DNA of 63,580 nucleotides, the filler included, from Octopus bimaculoides (Eukaryota), in assembly GCF_001194135.2 (NCBI RefSeq). It is 4 parts of 4 records of this genome, joined end to end, with 100 filler letters (N's around TTAATTAATTAA, not from the genome) between each part and the next. Parts side by side here need not be neighbours in the genome. Positions count along the whole stretch, not along the records: positions 24,281 to 44,045 come from NC_068996.1; 3 more parts are not named here. One strand, 5' to 3'. The notes under the pieces were generated by a model. It was not told where the DNA came from. It ran no database searches and worked only from the letters and a program-made list of their open reading frames with translations. Below, one piece after another: positions 24,350 through 36,164 of the stretch (the first letter of the stretch is position 1; the number at the start of each line of letters is the position of its first letter). The translations under genes were made by a program, and so were the position numbers.

Positions 24350-25237
24350 GAGATAAAAAAACCAAGGCTGTGAAGATTTTAGAACATTTATAAATAGAAG
24401 GTCTTACAGCTGTTTCCAGGATATTTATTATATAAGGTACGAAATAGAGAGTCAAGTGGAGGAATGAAAATAGATGTGAGATATGCAGGGATATTGCATT
24501 TGTAGATCTATTATTTAGGCAGAATGGTATACATATAAGATTCCAATACCTTGTGAGTAAAATCCAATAGTATCTAAAATTGGCCATTCCAAGTATAGAG
24601 TTTGTACACAGTGCTATTGAATCAAGGGTATTATTTAAAGTGACCTAAAAGCAGGGAATGTATTTGTAAGGTCAAATCGAAAACAGGAAGAGAGGAAGAA
24701 AAGAGAAAAAAAAGAGAAGAAAAAAGAAAAAAAACACGAAGAGAGGAATAAAAAAACAAAGAAAAAAGAAAAAAGAAAATAAAGGAGTGAGATAATAAGG
24801 GAAAGTATACCAGTTAGTGGCCAGTCTCTATCACCCACATCTCCCCATTCCTACTTTCAAATTATCTTGACTGACCACTAACTGGTACACTTTCCCTTAT
24901 CTCTCTCCTTGTTCTTCTTGCTTCTTTTTTCCTTCTTTTCTTTATTCCTCTCTTCCTGTTTTCGATTTGACCTTACAAATACATTCCCTGCTTTTAGGTC
25001 ACTTTAAATAATACCCTTGATTCAATAGCACTGTGTACAAACTCTATACTTGGAATGACCAATTTTAGATACTATTGGATTTTATTCACAAGGTATTGGT
25101 TTCTTATATGTATAGCATTCTGCCTAAATAATGGATCTACAAATGCAATATCCCTGCATATCTAACATCTATTTTCTTTCCTCCACTTCACTCTCTGTTT
25201 CGTATCTTATCTAAATTAACTATTTCATAACCATTTT
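24350..25237. mobile_element. Head-to-head inverted pair of a Penelope pseudo-LTR-like repeat (foldback)
   Basis: Arms 24432-24826 and 24869-25210 are near-exact reverse complements apart from the purine tract, with a 42-nt spacer. A third copy lies at 58905-59185. Confidence 0.8.
24400..24433 (-). ncRNA. 3' half of a minimal hammerhead ribozyme motif
   Basis: Minus strand ataataaatatcctgGAAACAGCTGTAagacc. The CUGAUGA half is deleted relative to the 59084 copy. Confidence 0.5.
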
Positions 25238-25820
25238 NNNNNNNNNNNNNNNNNNNNNNNNNNNNNNNNNNNNNNNNNNNNNNNNNNNNNNNNNNNNNNN
25301 NNNNNNNNNNNNNNNNNNNNNNNNNNNNNNNNNNNNNNNNNNNNNNNNNNNNNNNNNNNNNNNNNNNNNNNNNNNNNNNNNNNNNNNNNNNNNNNNNNNN
25401 NNNNNNNNNNNNNNNNNNNNNNNNNNNNNNNNNNNNNNNNNNNNNNNNNNNNNNNNNNNNNNNNNNNNNNNNNNNNNNNNNNNNNNNNNNNNNNNNNNNN
25501 NNNNNNNNNNNNNNNNNNNNNNNNNNNNNNNNNNNNNNNNNNNNNNNNNNNNNNNNNNNNNNNNNNNNNNNNNNNNNNNNNNNNNNNNNNNNNNNNNNNN
25601 NNNNNNNNNNNNNNNNNNNNNNNNNNNNNNNNNNNNNNNNNNNNNNNNNNNNNNNNNNNNNNNNNNNNNNNNNNNNNNNNNNNNNNNNNNNNNNNNNNNN
25701 NNNNNNNNNNNNNNNNNNNNNNNNNNNNNNNNNNNNNNNNNNNNNNNNNNNNNNNNNNNNNNNNNNNNNNNNNNNNNNNNNNNNNNNNNNNNNNNNNNNN
25801 NNNNNNNNNNNNNNNNNNNN

Positions 25821-25851
<31 letters not shown>

Positions 25852-25945
25852 AAAAAACAATAACAAAAAAACAAAAAAACAACAAAGTGAGGACGTGATA
25901 TGGACAGTATTATTGGACGCTCAGGAAAGGAAAGAGAGAGTGTAT

Positions 25946-25972
25946 GACGTTTCGGGCGTAGCCCTTCGTCGG
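25946..25972 (-). ncRNA. Degenerate minimal hammerhead motif in a Penelope pseudo-LTR-like repeat
   Basis: CCGACGA-A-GGGC-tac-GCCC-GAAA-CGTC. The core has U4>C and stem I is poorly paired. Confidence 0.45.
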
Positions 25973-26084
25973 AAAGATGGAAAGTTCGGAGAATGGAAGT
26001 ATTATATATACATACACGTATATTTATTATTCGCGCCACACACACACGCACACACATACGGTCACACACACACATATAACAATT

Positions 26085-26388
26085 ATAACTGGCTCTCTGT
26101 CGGTTACTACGACGAGTGTTACATGATCCGGAGAACGGAACAGTTTGTTAGTGAAATTAACGTGCAATAACTGAGCAGGCGTACCCTAAACGTAGTTCTC
26201 ATGGAGATTTAGTGTGACACAGAATGTGACAAGGCTGGCCCTTTGAATTACAGGTATTACTCATTTTTGCCAGCTGAGTGGACTGCAGCAACAGGAAATA
26301 GAGTGTCTTGGTCAAGGACACAATGCGCTGCCGGGAATCAAACTCATGACATTATGATCGTGTGCCGAATACCCTAACCATGCCCCTT
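26085..26388 (-). mobile_element. SINE family C (shares 3' tail with 36472-36856)
   Basis: Shared gtgaaattaacgtg..acgtagttctc..aaggctggccctttgaattaca block; degenerate tRNA head near 26330-26385. Confidence 0.7.
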
Positions 26389-26429
<41 letters not shown>

Positions 26430-27526
26430 NNNNNNNNNNNNNNNNNNNNNNNNNNNNNNNNNNNNNNNNNNNNNNNNNNNNNNNNNNNNNNNNNNNNNNN
26501 NNNNNNNNNNNNNNNNNNNNNNNNNNNNNNNNNNNNNNNNNNNNNNNNNNNNNNNNNNNNNNNNNNNNNNNNNNNNNNNNNNNNNNNNNNNNNNNNNNNN
26601 NNNNNNNNNNNNNNNNNNNNNNNNNNNNNNNNNNNNNNNNNNNNNNNNNNNNNNNNNNNNNNNNNNNNNNNNNNNNNNNNNNNNNNNNNNNNNNNNNNNN
26701 NNNNNNNNNNNNNNNNNNNNNNNNNNNNNNNNNNNNNNNNNNNNNNNNNNNNNNNNNNNNNNNNNNNNNNNNNNNNNNNNNNNNNNNNNNNNNNNNNNNN
26801 NNNNNNNNNNNNNNNNNNNNNNNNNNNNNNNNNNNNNNNNNNNNNNNNNNNNNNNNNNNNNNNNNNNNNNNNNNNNNNNNNNNNNNNNNNNNNNNNNNNN
26901 NNNNNNNNNNNNNNNNNNNNNNNNNNNNNNNNNNNNNNNNNNNNNNNNNNNNNNNNNNNNNNNNNNNNNNNNNNNNNNNNNNNNNNNNNNNNNNNNNNNN
27001 NNNNNNNNNNNNNNNNNNNNNNNNNNNNNNNNNNNNNNNNNNNNNNNNNNNNNNNNNNNNNNNNNNNNNNNNNNNNNNNNNNNNNNNNNNNNNNNNNNNN
27101 NNNNNNNNNNNNNNNNNNNNNNNNNNNNNNNNNNNNNNNNNNNNNNNNNNNNNNNNNNNNNNNNNNNNNNNNNNNNNNNNNNNNNNNNNNNNNNNNNNNN
27201 NNNNNNNNNNNNNNNNNNNNNNNNNNNNNNNNNNNNNNNNNNNNNNNNNNNNNNNNNNNNNNNNNNNNNNNNNNNNNNNNNNNNNNNNNNNNNNNNNNNN
27301 NNNNNNNNNNNNNNNNNNNNNNNNNNNNNNNNNNNNNNNNNNNNNNNNNNNNNNNNNNNNNNNNNNNNNNNNNTATAGATCGGGCTTCTTTCAGTTTCCG
27401 CCTACCAAATCCACTCTTCCGTCTACCAACTCCAAGGCTTTGGTCAGCCCGAGGCTATAGTAGAAGACACTTGTCCAAGGTGCCACGCAGTGGGACTAAA
27501 CCCGGAACCATGTGGTTGGTAAGCAA

Positions 27527-27584
<58 letters not shown>

Positions 27585-29030
27585 GTGTGTGTGTGTCTTT
27601 GTGTCTATGTTTGTCGCCCCACAATCGGCAAAAGACACCGATAGTATAAGTTCTTGGATTTAAAAAATATAAATTGTTGGGTCGATTTGTTCGACTAAAA
27701 CCCTTTAAGGCGGTACTCCAGCATGGCCGCAGTCAAATGATTGCGGCAAATAAAAGAATAAAAGAACCAGTGAAGAACTGAAATCGATAGAATCTTCTCT
27801 ATTCTGAGGATGTGACCTTCCCTTTGATAAAATCCGTATTTTAGTCGCAGTAATACCATTGCAGTTTTACACCAGTATCGTGTTTCTTTTTTTCTATTCG
27901 TTAACTCTGACATCCATAATAATGGACTTCACCACTCTTGCCACAAACAAGTGCTAACACAAGGTGGACATGACCATAACGACTGCCACCATAAACAATA
28001 GTAGCACCATCATGAAAACTAGCGCTGCTGACGCCGCCATCACTGGCACAATTTCTAATGGAACTGAAATCATCACAAGCACCACGGGCGTTACCACCAC
28101 CACCACCGCCGCCTCCGCCGCCTCCGCCGCCTCCGCCGCNNNNNNNNNNNNNNNNNNNNNNNNNNNNNNNNNNNNNNNNNNNNNNNNNNNNNNNNNNNNN
28201 NNNNNNNNNNNNNNNNNNNNNNNNNNNNNNNNNNNNNNNNNNNNNNNNNNNNNNNNNNNNNNNNNNNNNNNNNNNNNNNNNNNNNNNNNNNNNNNNNNNN
28301 NNNNNNNNNNNNNNNNNNNNNNNNNNNNNNNNNNNNNNNNNNNNNNNNNNNNNNNNNNNNNNNNNNNNNNNNNNNNNNNNNNNNNNNNNNNNNNNNNNNN
28401 NNNNNNNNNNNNNNNNNNNNNNNNNNNNNNNNNNNNNNNNNNNNNNNNNNNNNNNNNNNNNNNNNNNNNNNNNNNNNNNNNNNNNNNNNNNNNNNNNNNN
28501 NNNNNNNNNNNNNNNNNNNNNNNNNNNNNNNNNNNNNNNNNNNNNNNNNNNNNNNNNNNNNNNNNNNNCGCATCCAGCACAGCAGTTTACATCGCCATCA
28601 CTATTCACTTCAAAACTACATACACGCACGCGTTAGACTCGCATACACAAAAGGTATCCTGCGGCAGTACACTCACACAAAACGAATTTCATTTATTCAT
28701 TTATTTACATGTTTACTGTGGTCATGCGACTTAGCTTAGCGGTCAGAATATTCACAATTCTAAGCTAATCATAGATGGTAGTAAGGCTGCTTTCTAATTT
28801 ATTTATCACAAATTGTCTTCAAATGCAGAGCAGTGTTCTTTTCTACAAAGACATTTCTTCGACATACCTAAACCTTCAAAAATGTGATGTTTAACCCCCA
28901 ACACATAAAATACTTCACAGACGAGTATCGGCTAAATGAAGATACAGTATTAGTAGGTGCGTATTTGTAACTACACGTGTGCTGTTGGCGACTTCTTTTT
29001 CGTTTCCTTTTTTGGACTTTTCCCTTTCTC

Positions 29031-29065
29031 TTTTCCTACGAAGAGTTTTGCTCAAAACGTCAAAA
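29031..29065 (+). ncRNA. Degenerate minimal hammerhead motif
   Basis: tttt-CCTACGA-A-GAGT-ttt-GCTC-AAAA-CGTC-aaaa. Stems I and II pair, and the core carries substitutions (G5, G12). Confidence 0.4.
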
Positions 29066-29220
29066 CCTCTCCTTTCACCGAGCGTCAAACCAATACATTT
29101 CTTATGCACGGCATCACGTTCATTTTCATTCGTTTTTTATTCGTTTATTTGGATTGACTATATATAAGTGTTACTGCAATTAAAATACGGATTTTATCAA
29201 AGGGAGAGTCACACACACGC

Positions 29221-29275
<55 letters not shown>

Positions 29276-29339
29276 TGTGTATATAGGTCGAACGAAGACC
29301 AATTGTACGAAGAACGAAGAACAATTGTATAGCATGTAG

Positions 29340-29670
29340 GATGACCCACCACAGGTTAACTGTAAGGTTAGGAAGATAGTGTGTAGCTTATGGTGTATTG
29401 AGGGACGTTGCAGAAACAAGACAACTACTTACATTGGAGAGACAGCAGACAGCATAGGGGAGCGTATAGGCGACTACTGGTGGGACCTCAAAGAGGAGAA
29501 GGCTTAGCAATGCTCTATCAACATACTCAAGTAGAACATAGAGGCTTGGTTAACAATGCAGAGGTTAAGGTATTATCAACGCATAGAACTGACATGACAC
29601 GTGGATAGATTAGAGGTTACACACAGAGCAATAGACAGACGGAACCTCAATAAATAGCAGGATTGCACTA
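29340..29670 (+). mobile_element. Penelope-like GIY-YIG remnant
   Basis: VNCKVRKIVCSLWCIEGRCRNKTTTYIGETADSIGERIGDYWWDLKEEKA*..LYQHTQVEH..STHRTDMTR. Confidence 0.75.
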
Positions 29671-30076
29671 ATAACGCCAAAAACCAGCACCAGTACCTGC
29701 ACCCCCCACCATCATCACCACCACCAACAACAACAACAACAACACGACGACTAAAAATAGAAGGTAGAAAAAAACAGATACAATACAAACAGTGTATTAT
29801 ACACACAATAGACAAATCTGCTCATACCTATGGTAAATATGAGATAGAGATAGAGAGATAAACAAACAAAAATATTGCCCAGATACAAACAACATAGCAA
29901 GCGAGCCAATATACACGCAAAACACACATACAGTGACTTCACAAACGGCCGCAACAACATCAACAACGCGACCAACAACAACAACAGCAGCAGCAGCAGC
30001 AGCATCACCACCACCACCACCACCACCACCACCATCACCATCACCACCATCACCAACACCACCAACAACAACGACG

Positions 30077-30108
<32 letters not shown>

Positions 30109-30823
30109 AGCAGCAACAACTACCGCGACGGCAGCACCGTGGGCGAATCCGCAAAAAACAGAGATACAGGAACGATACCAAAATGGGGTCAATGCCAAAA
30201 GTCGGGACGGGTTTGAGGGGAAGATTGTAGTGCTACTAAGAAGAACGCCAATAACGATGACAACAATATGATTAGCTGAAACAGGTATTCGATAAGTGCA
30301 CTGACAGAACAGTTACACGCACACACACGCACACACACAAACGATGGGCTTCTTTTAGTTTCCGTCTACCAAATCCATCCACAAGGTTCTGGTTGGTCTG
30401 GGGCTATATGAGAAGACGTTTACCCAAGTTAGTTCAAATATGTTTGTGACTTATCTTTTACTTGTTCCGATCATTAGACTGCGGCCATGCTGGGGCAGCT
30501 CCTTGAAGAATTTTTTATTACTAGTGCAATGTGATAAATCATGTTAAAACGTTTTCTTGCTGTAGTCTAGTAAATATACGCAGCTTTTAGCGACTAACCA
30601 ACAGCTCAGTCCGTCAAAAATTGGTACATACATCCAAACAACAATTGGTGACTTGGTTTTTACGTGGGAAGAATACACAGACTAACCAAGTATCCGTTGC
30701 TCACCTAACAAAACAATATATGTATTTAGTATATTCCTGTATGTATGTATGTATGTATGTATGTATGTATGTATGTATGTATGTATGCATGCGTAGATGG
30801 ATGGATGGATGGATGTAGGCACA

Positions 30824-31714
30824 TAAGATGGGGTACCCAAAAGAAACCAAATTTTGCAATGCTATTTTATTCACTTAGCTCTACGTGTTTATACTTTTAT
30901 CACCTTCAAAATATTCTCCATTTGAAACAATACATCGGTCTAGACGCGTTTTAAACTGTTCGAGGCAGTGCTGAAACTCTTGTGAAGTGATGCCTTTTAA
31001 CACCTCTGTCGCTTTCTTCTTCATTTCTTCCACATCTGCAAATTCCGTAGCACCAGTTTTCCTCACCAGTGATGACCTTCAAAAAAAAAAAAAAAAAGGT
31101 CTGGATCAACTTCCAGTTGTTCTTTCAGTTCCGACACGCATTTAGTCGTGACTGCTTTTGATCTTCTGTGAGTAAGCGAGGCAAGCATTTTGCTGTAACT
31201 CTTTTCATTCCCAATTCCTCGCTCAGAATTCCTTAGCAGAAGCCCCAGGACACACCAGTCATATCAACAAGTTATACAATTGTTCAGTGACGGTCCTCTA
31301 AGATCAATTCAGGAATGTTTTCTTTCGTTGAGGAGGTCGACGGTAGCTCTGAAAGAGGTTGGTCTTCAAGCGACAAGTGACCATTCCTAAAGCATGAAAA
31401 CCACTCGTAAATCTAAGTCTTGCTCATGGCAGAGTCCTTGTAAGGTGCTTCAATAATGACAACTGTTTCGGCCATCGTTTTCCCCAGCAGGAAACAGAAT
31501 TTCACAGAAGCACGCTGTTTCTTCGTTTCAGCCATCGCAAAAATCGACGACAGGGGAGGGGATGAAGCAGTACAAAACATAGACGCACCAAGTGACAGTA
31601 TGAAATCACTCGACGACCTGAGGATCGCATGAAGTGGTTTCTAGCGGCGAAGCCCGAGCTGCAATGTGCTTGTCCTACAGAGAACGTTTCTGGATACTTT
31701 TGGGCACCACCTTG
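30824..31714 (-). mobile_element. Internally deleted mariner element with both TIRs
   Basis: N-terminus MAETKKQRASVKFCFLLGKT..IYEWF..ELGMKRVTAKCLPRLLTEDQK..KVITGEENWCYG is joined directly to the C-terminus FADVEEMKKKATEVLKGITSQEFQHCLEQFKTRLDRCIVSNGEYFEGDK. The termini are imperfect inverted repeats sharing CCCAAAAG. Confidence 0.88.
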
Positions 31715-32816
31715 TGTGTATGTATATTTATATATGTATGTATGAATGTATGTAAGTATGTATGTATGTATGTATGTATGTATGTATGTATGTATGTATG
31801 TAGGTAAGTAGGTAGGTAGGTAGGTAGGTAGGTAGGTAGGTAGGTAGGTAGGCAATTAAGTAGGTAGGTAGGTCAGATAACTCAAGGGAAAATATACAAA
31901 TCATTTTCTGATATTTAGTCTATTCCTAGCTTTCAACGCAGTGTTTAGTTTTTGCAACATTCCCATAAAATGTTCTCCAAATGTAAAAATATTATAGCTT
32001 GGCTAACATGAAAGGAAAAATTATGTGAAGTTATAGATGTCATTGCAGTGTGACCATTAATTTCATATTCATTGCGACAGGATATGCTTTCGGATTGCTG
32101 GTTTTTAAAGTTACAACTTCTGTTCTCTACCCGGATTACAACTTTACTTTGCATCCGTGACAGTGGTAAGTTTCGTTGTTTTATTGTGTGTGTATGCAAT
32201 AAACTCGAAAGGATAAAATGTTCTCAAGCTAAGATATTGACCAGCTTACTAATATTCGTCTCAAATTCAATCTATGAACAATCAGTGAAAATATGCAAGC
32301 ATCAAGTAACAACACTTCACATGTTGTTAACCAAATTCTAGCAACAGAACATTGTTTCTATGTTACAACCCTGTCCTCGGCATTATAGTAAGAATTCAAA
32401 TAATTGGAAAATAAAGATAACATATCTCAACACTTAAAACACTTGCATGCACACATACACAAGTACACACACACACAGAGAAGTACACACATACTTAAGC
32501 AAACACGTATACATACTTATGTATGCGTGTGTTTATGCGATAAAGATTGTGTATGTGCGTGTAAGCCGATTGAGGATTGTAGATACATAGATAAATCTTG
32601 TTTAAACCACCCAAACTTGCAGATTGTATTCTTAGAAGAGCTGCCACCATTTTTCTGGAGAAACAAAAGCATGTAAGCTATTATGGATGTTTAAGCTTAG
32701 TTTGCAGAATGACTAAGCTCAAATATCATGAGTTAAGATTCAGAATTGAATACAATCATACACAGGAACACTGGTACGCAAGTCACACACACACACACTC
32801 ACACACACACACACGC

Positions 32817-32851
<35 letters not shown>

Positions 32852-33118
32852 CGCACAAACACACACACACAATAACACACACACATATACACACACATAC
32901 ACACACACATACACACACATACACACACACACTCTCATTATGTCTCTCGCTCTCTTTCTCTTTCTCTCTCTCTCTCTCTCTTCTCTATAGACATACACNN
33001 NNNNNNNNNNNNNNNNNNNNNNNNNNNNNNNNNNNNNNNTGTGGATATGCTGGATGTATGTGTGCATTATGTATGTGTGCAGATGTGTGTGTGAATATGT
33101 ATGAATTTAGTTATGCGC

Positions 33119-33119
<1 letters not shown>

Positions 33120-33205
<86 letters not shown>
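33120..33205. repeat. (CTAT)n microsatellite
   Basis: Direct inspection. Confidence 0.95.
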
Positions 33206-33206
<1 letters not shown>

Positions 33207-34259
33207 GCTTATCTAGTCGGTATCTGTCCAACCATTTCAGACCTGTGGGCTTATGTCGAATGGCTGTTGTCACGTGTAGGACGAATTCGGTTATCGGCCG
33301 AGTCTATCGTGAATATTGCCCCGCAACCTTCCTTTAACCGGGAAAGCAAGGCAGTTTTCATTGTACTGGTGGTTCTATGGTGAAAGAATGTGTGTGGTGG
33401 ACTCGTGTGAAAGATTTAAAGACAAACACTTTCCTCTCTGGCCAACCGTTCATCAACTTTTTCAAGTATCACTTGAAAAGAAAGGCGAGAATAGAGAGGG
33501 AAGTTTTGTGTCATAAAAGTTTCAATAAAAGGTGGATCAATGTAGCAAAANNNNNNNNNNNNNNNNNNNNNNNNNNNNNNNNNNNNNNNNNNNNNNNNNN
33601 NNNNNNNNNNNNNNNNNNNNNNNNNNNNNNNNNNNNNNNNNNNNNNNNNNNNNNNNNNNNNNNNNNNNNNNNNNNNNNNNNNNNNNNNNNNNNNNNNNNN
33701 NNNNNNNNNNNNNNNNNNNNNNNNNNNNNNNNNNNNNNNNNNNNNNNNNNNNNNNNNNNNNNNNNNNNNNNNNNNNNNNNNNNNNNNNNNNNNNNNNNNN
33801 NNNNNNNNNNNNNNNNNNNNNNNNNNNNNNNNNNNNNNNNNNNNNNNNNNNNNNNNNNNNNNNNNNNNNNNNNNNNNNNNNNNNNNNNNNNNNNNNNNNN
33901 NNNNNNNNNNNNNNNNNNNNNNNNNNNNNNNNNNNNNNNNNNNNNNNNNNNNNNNNNNNNNNNNNNNNNNNNNNNNNNNNNNNNNNNNNNNNNNNNNNNN
34001 NNNNNNNNNNNNNNNNNNNNNNNNNNNNNNNNNNNNNNNNNNNNNNNNNNNNNNNNNNNNNNNNNNNNNNNNNNNNNNNNNNNNNNNNNNNNNNNNNNNN
34101 NNNNNNNNNNNNNNNNNNNNNNNNNNNNNNNNNNNNNNNNNNNNNNNNNNNNNNNNNNNNNNNNNNNNNNNNNNNNNNNNNNNNNNNNNNNNNNNNNNNN
34201 NNNNNNNNNNNNNNNNNNNNTTGTCCCTTCTGTGTTCGGCCCTGCATGACTAATAAAGA

Positions 34260-34275
34260 TATCTATCCATTTATC

Positions 34276-34368
<93 letters not shown>

Positions 34369-34457
34369 GTCTGTCTGTCTGTCTATCTATCTGTCTGGCT
34401 GCCTGTCCGTCCGTCCGTCCGTCCGTCCGTCCGTCCGCTCGTCCATCTGCCCGTCAT

Positions 34458-34540
<83 letters not shown>
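34260..34540. repeat. Compound (CTAT)/(CTGT)/(CCGT) microsatellite
   Basis: Direct inspection. Confidence 0.95.
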
Positions 34541-34542
<2 letters not shown>

Positions 34543-35649
34543 TCAACCACATGTTTTGTGGTTCTGTCCCACTGTGTGGCATCTTGGGCAAGTGTTTTTC
34601 ACTTTTGTCTCGGGGCGACCAAAGCCTTGTGAGTGGATCTGGTAGATGGAAACTGAAAGAAGCCCGTCGAAATTGAAAGAAGCTCGTATATGTATATATT
34701 TATGTGCACGTGTGTCTGGGTCTGTCCTCCACCATCGCTTGACAGCCGATGTTGGTTTGTTTACGGCGACGCTCGAAATGGTGTATTTTACGTGCCACCT
34801 GCACAGGAGCCAGTCCAGCGGCACTGGCAACGAACTCGCTCGAATGTCTTTTCACGTGCCACTGGCACAATTACCAGGAAGGCGACGTTGGTAACGGTCA
34901 TATATATATAAATGGATATATGTATACTCATACATACATACATACAGTCATACAGACAGACAGAAACACACACATACAGACATACAAATAAGAGAAATGA
35001 AAACATTGAAAACTAAAAGTGATTAAGTAGGTGCGTATATATGTGTGCATGGGGATTTATGTACGCATGCATTTACGATACGAATGAATAGAAAATAGCT
35101 TTCTATGAAATTCTCTAAGTTCATGTGATAGTAAATATGGCCGCTCTTTGCCAAAATAGCATGCATTTATTAAGGAAGAAAGGGAGACAGAATGAGAGAG
35201 AGAGAGAGTGAGAGCAAGTGAGAGAGTGAGTGAGTGAGCGAGCGAGCGTGTAAGTGAGAACGTGAGTGAACCAGCAAGACCGAGCTGAGCAAAACAGTTG
35301 AGAGTGGCAAAAAATTGAATTAGTGAAAGAGGAGTTGTGAAGCGATGAGAGGAGAATTAGGGAAGTGGTGGGAGGAGTGTGTGAGAAGAAAAAGAAAGGA
35401 GAACATACTAGAAATGTTACCGTGAAACAGGAAGTTAAACTTATATATATATATATAGGTATAAGTTAGAGGTGTTTAAAACCTCTAAGGGATGGTTAAA
35501 TCCAAAGGCGCAGCTTATGTCTACCACCACAACTGGTAAACAGAAACGATCGTAAATGTACTATTACTACCACTTTTCTTAATTAATTAAATTAATGGCT
35601 TACTAGCACAAACGACCAACTTCCTGTTATTTTTCCTCCATTTTCTTCT

Positions 35650-35687
<38 letters not shown>

Positions 35688-35746
35688 GTTGACCAAACAC
35701 CATTCAATTTTTTTTCTCCGTGTTTTTCTCCTTGTTTTCTCCGTAT

Positions 35747-35783
35747 TCTTTCTGTTGAAGAGCGTAGCTCGAAACGATAAAGA
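35747..35783 (+). ncRNA. Degenerate minimal hammerhead motif in a pseudo-LTR-like repeat
   Basis: tcttt-CTGTTGA-A-GAGC-gta-GCTC-GAAA-CGAT-aaaga. Stems I and II pair; A6>U and the cleavage-triplet U is mutated. Confidence 0.5.
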
Positions 35784-35868
35784 CTTTCCGTATTCCCGAG
35801 CGTCATACTAATACATCCTTTTGTTGTTTACACCACCTGTCCTCGTCTGTTGTTTTTTTCGTACATTC

Positions 35869-36010
<142 letters not shown>

Positions 36011-36164
36011 CGTGTATGTGTATTTTGCGTGTGTATATTTGTGAGTGTTGTGTTTTATATATTCTATAAAATTTTAAACTTTTATGTACTTCTACATGTA
36101 CTTCTACATCCCCGAATTTATTTTATTCCCTGATCTCTATTTCATCTTTATTTTTCTATCTATG

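Noticed and set aside
27964-28734. Thr/Ala-rich mucin-like ORF
   Set aside because: It is mostly gap plus degenerate (ACC/GCC)n, all frames are low-complexity, and there is no splice or domain support.
32081-32165. 85-nt AG..GTAAGT exon candidate
   Set aside because: No recognisable product and no partner exons that can be linked.
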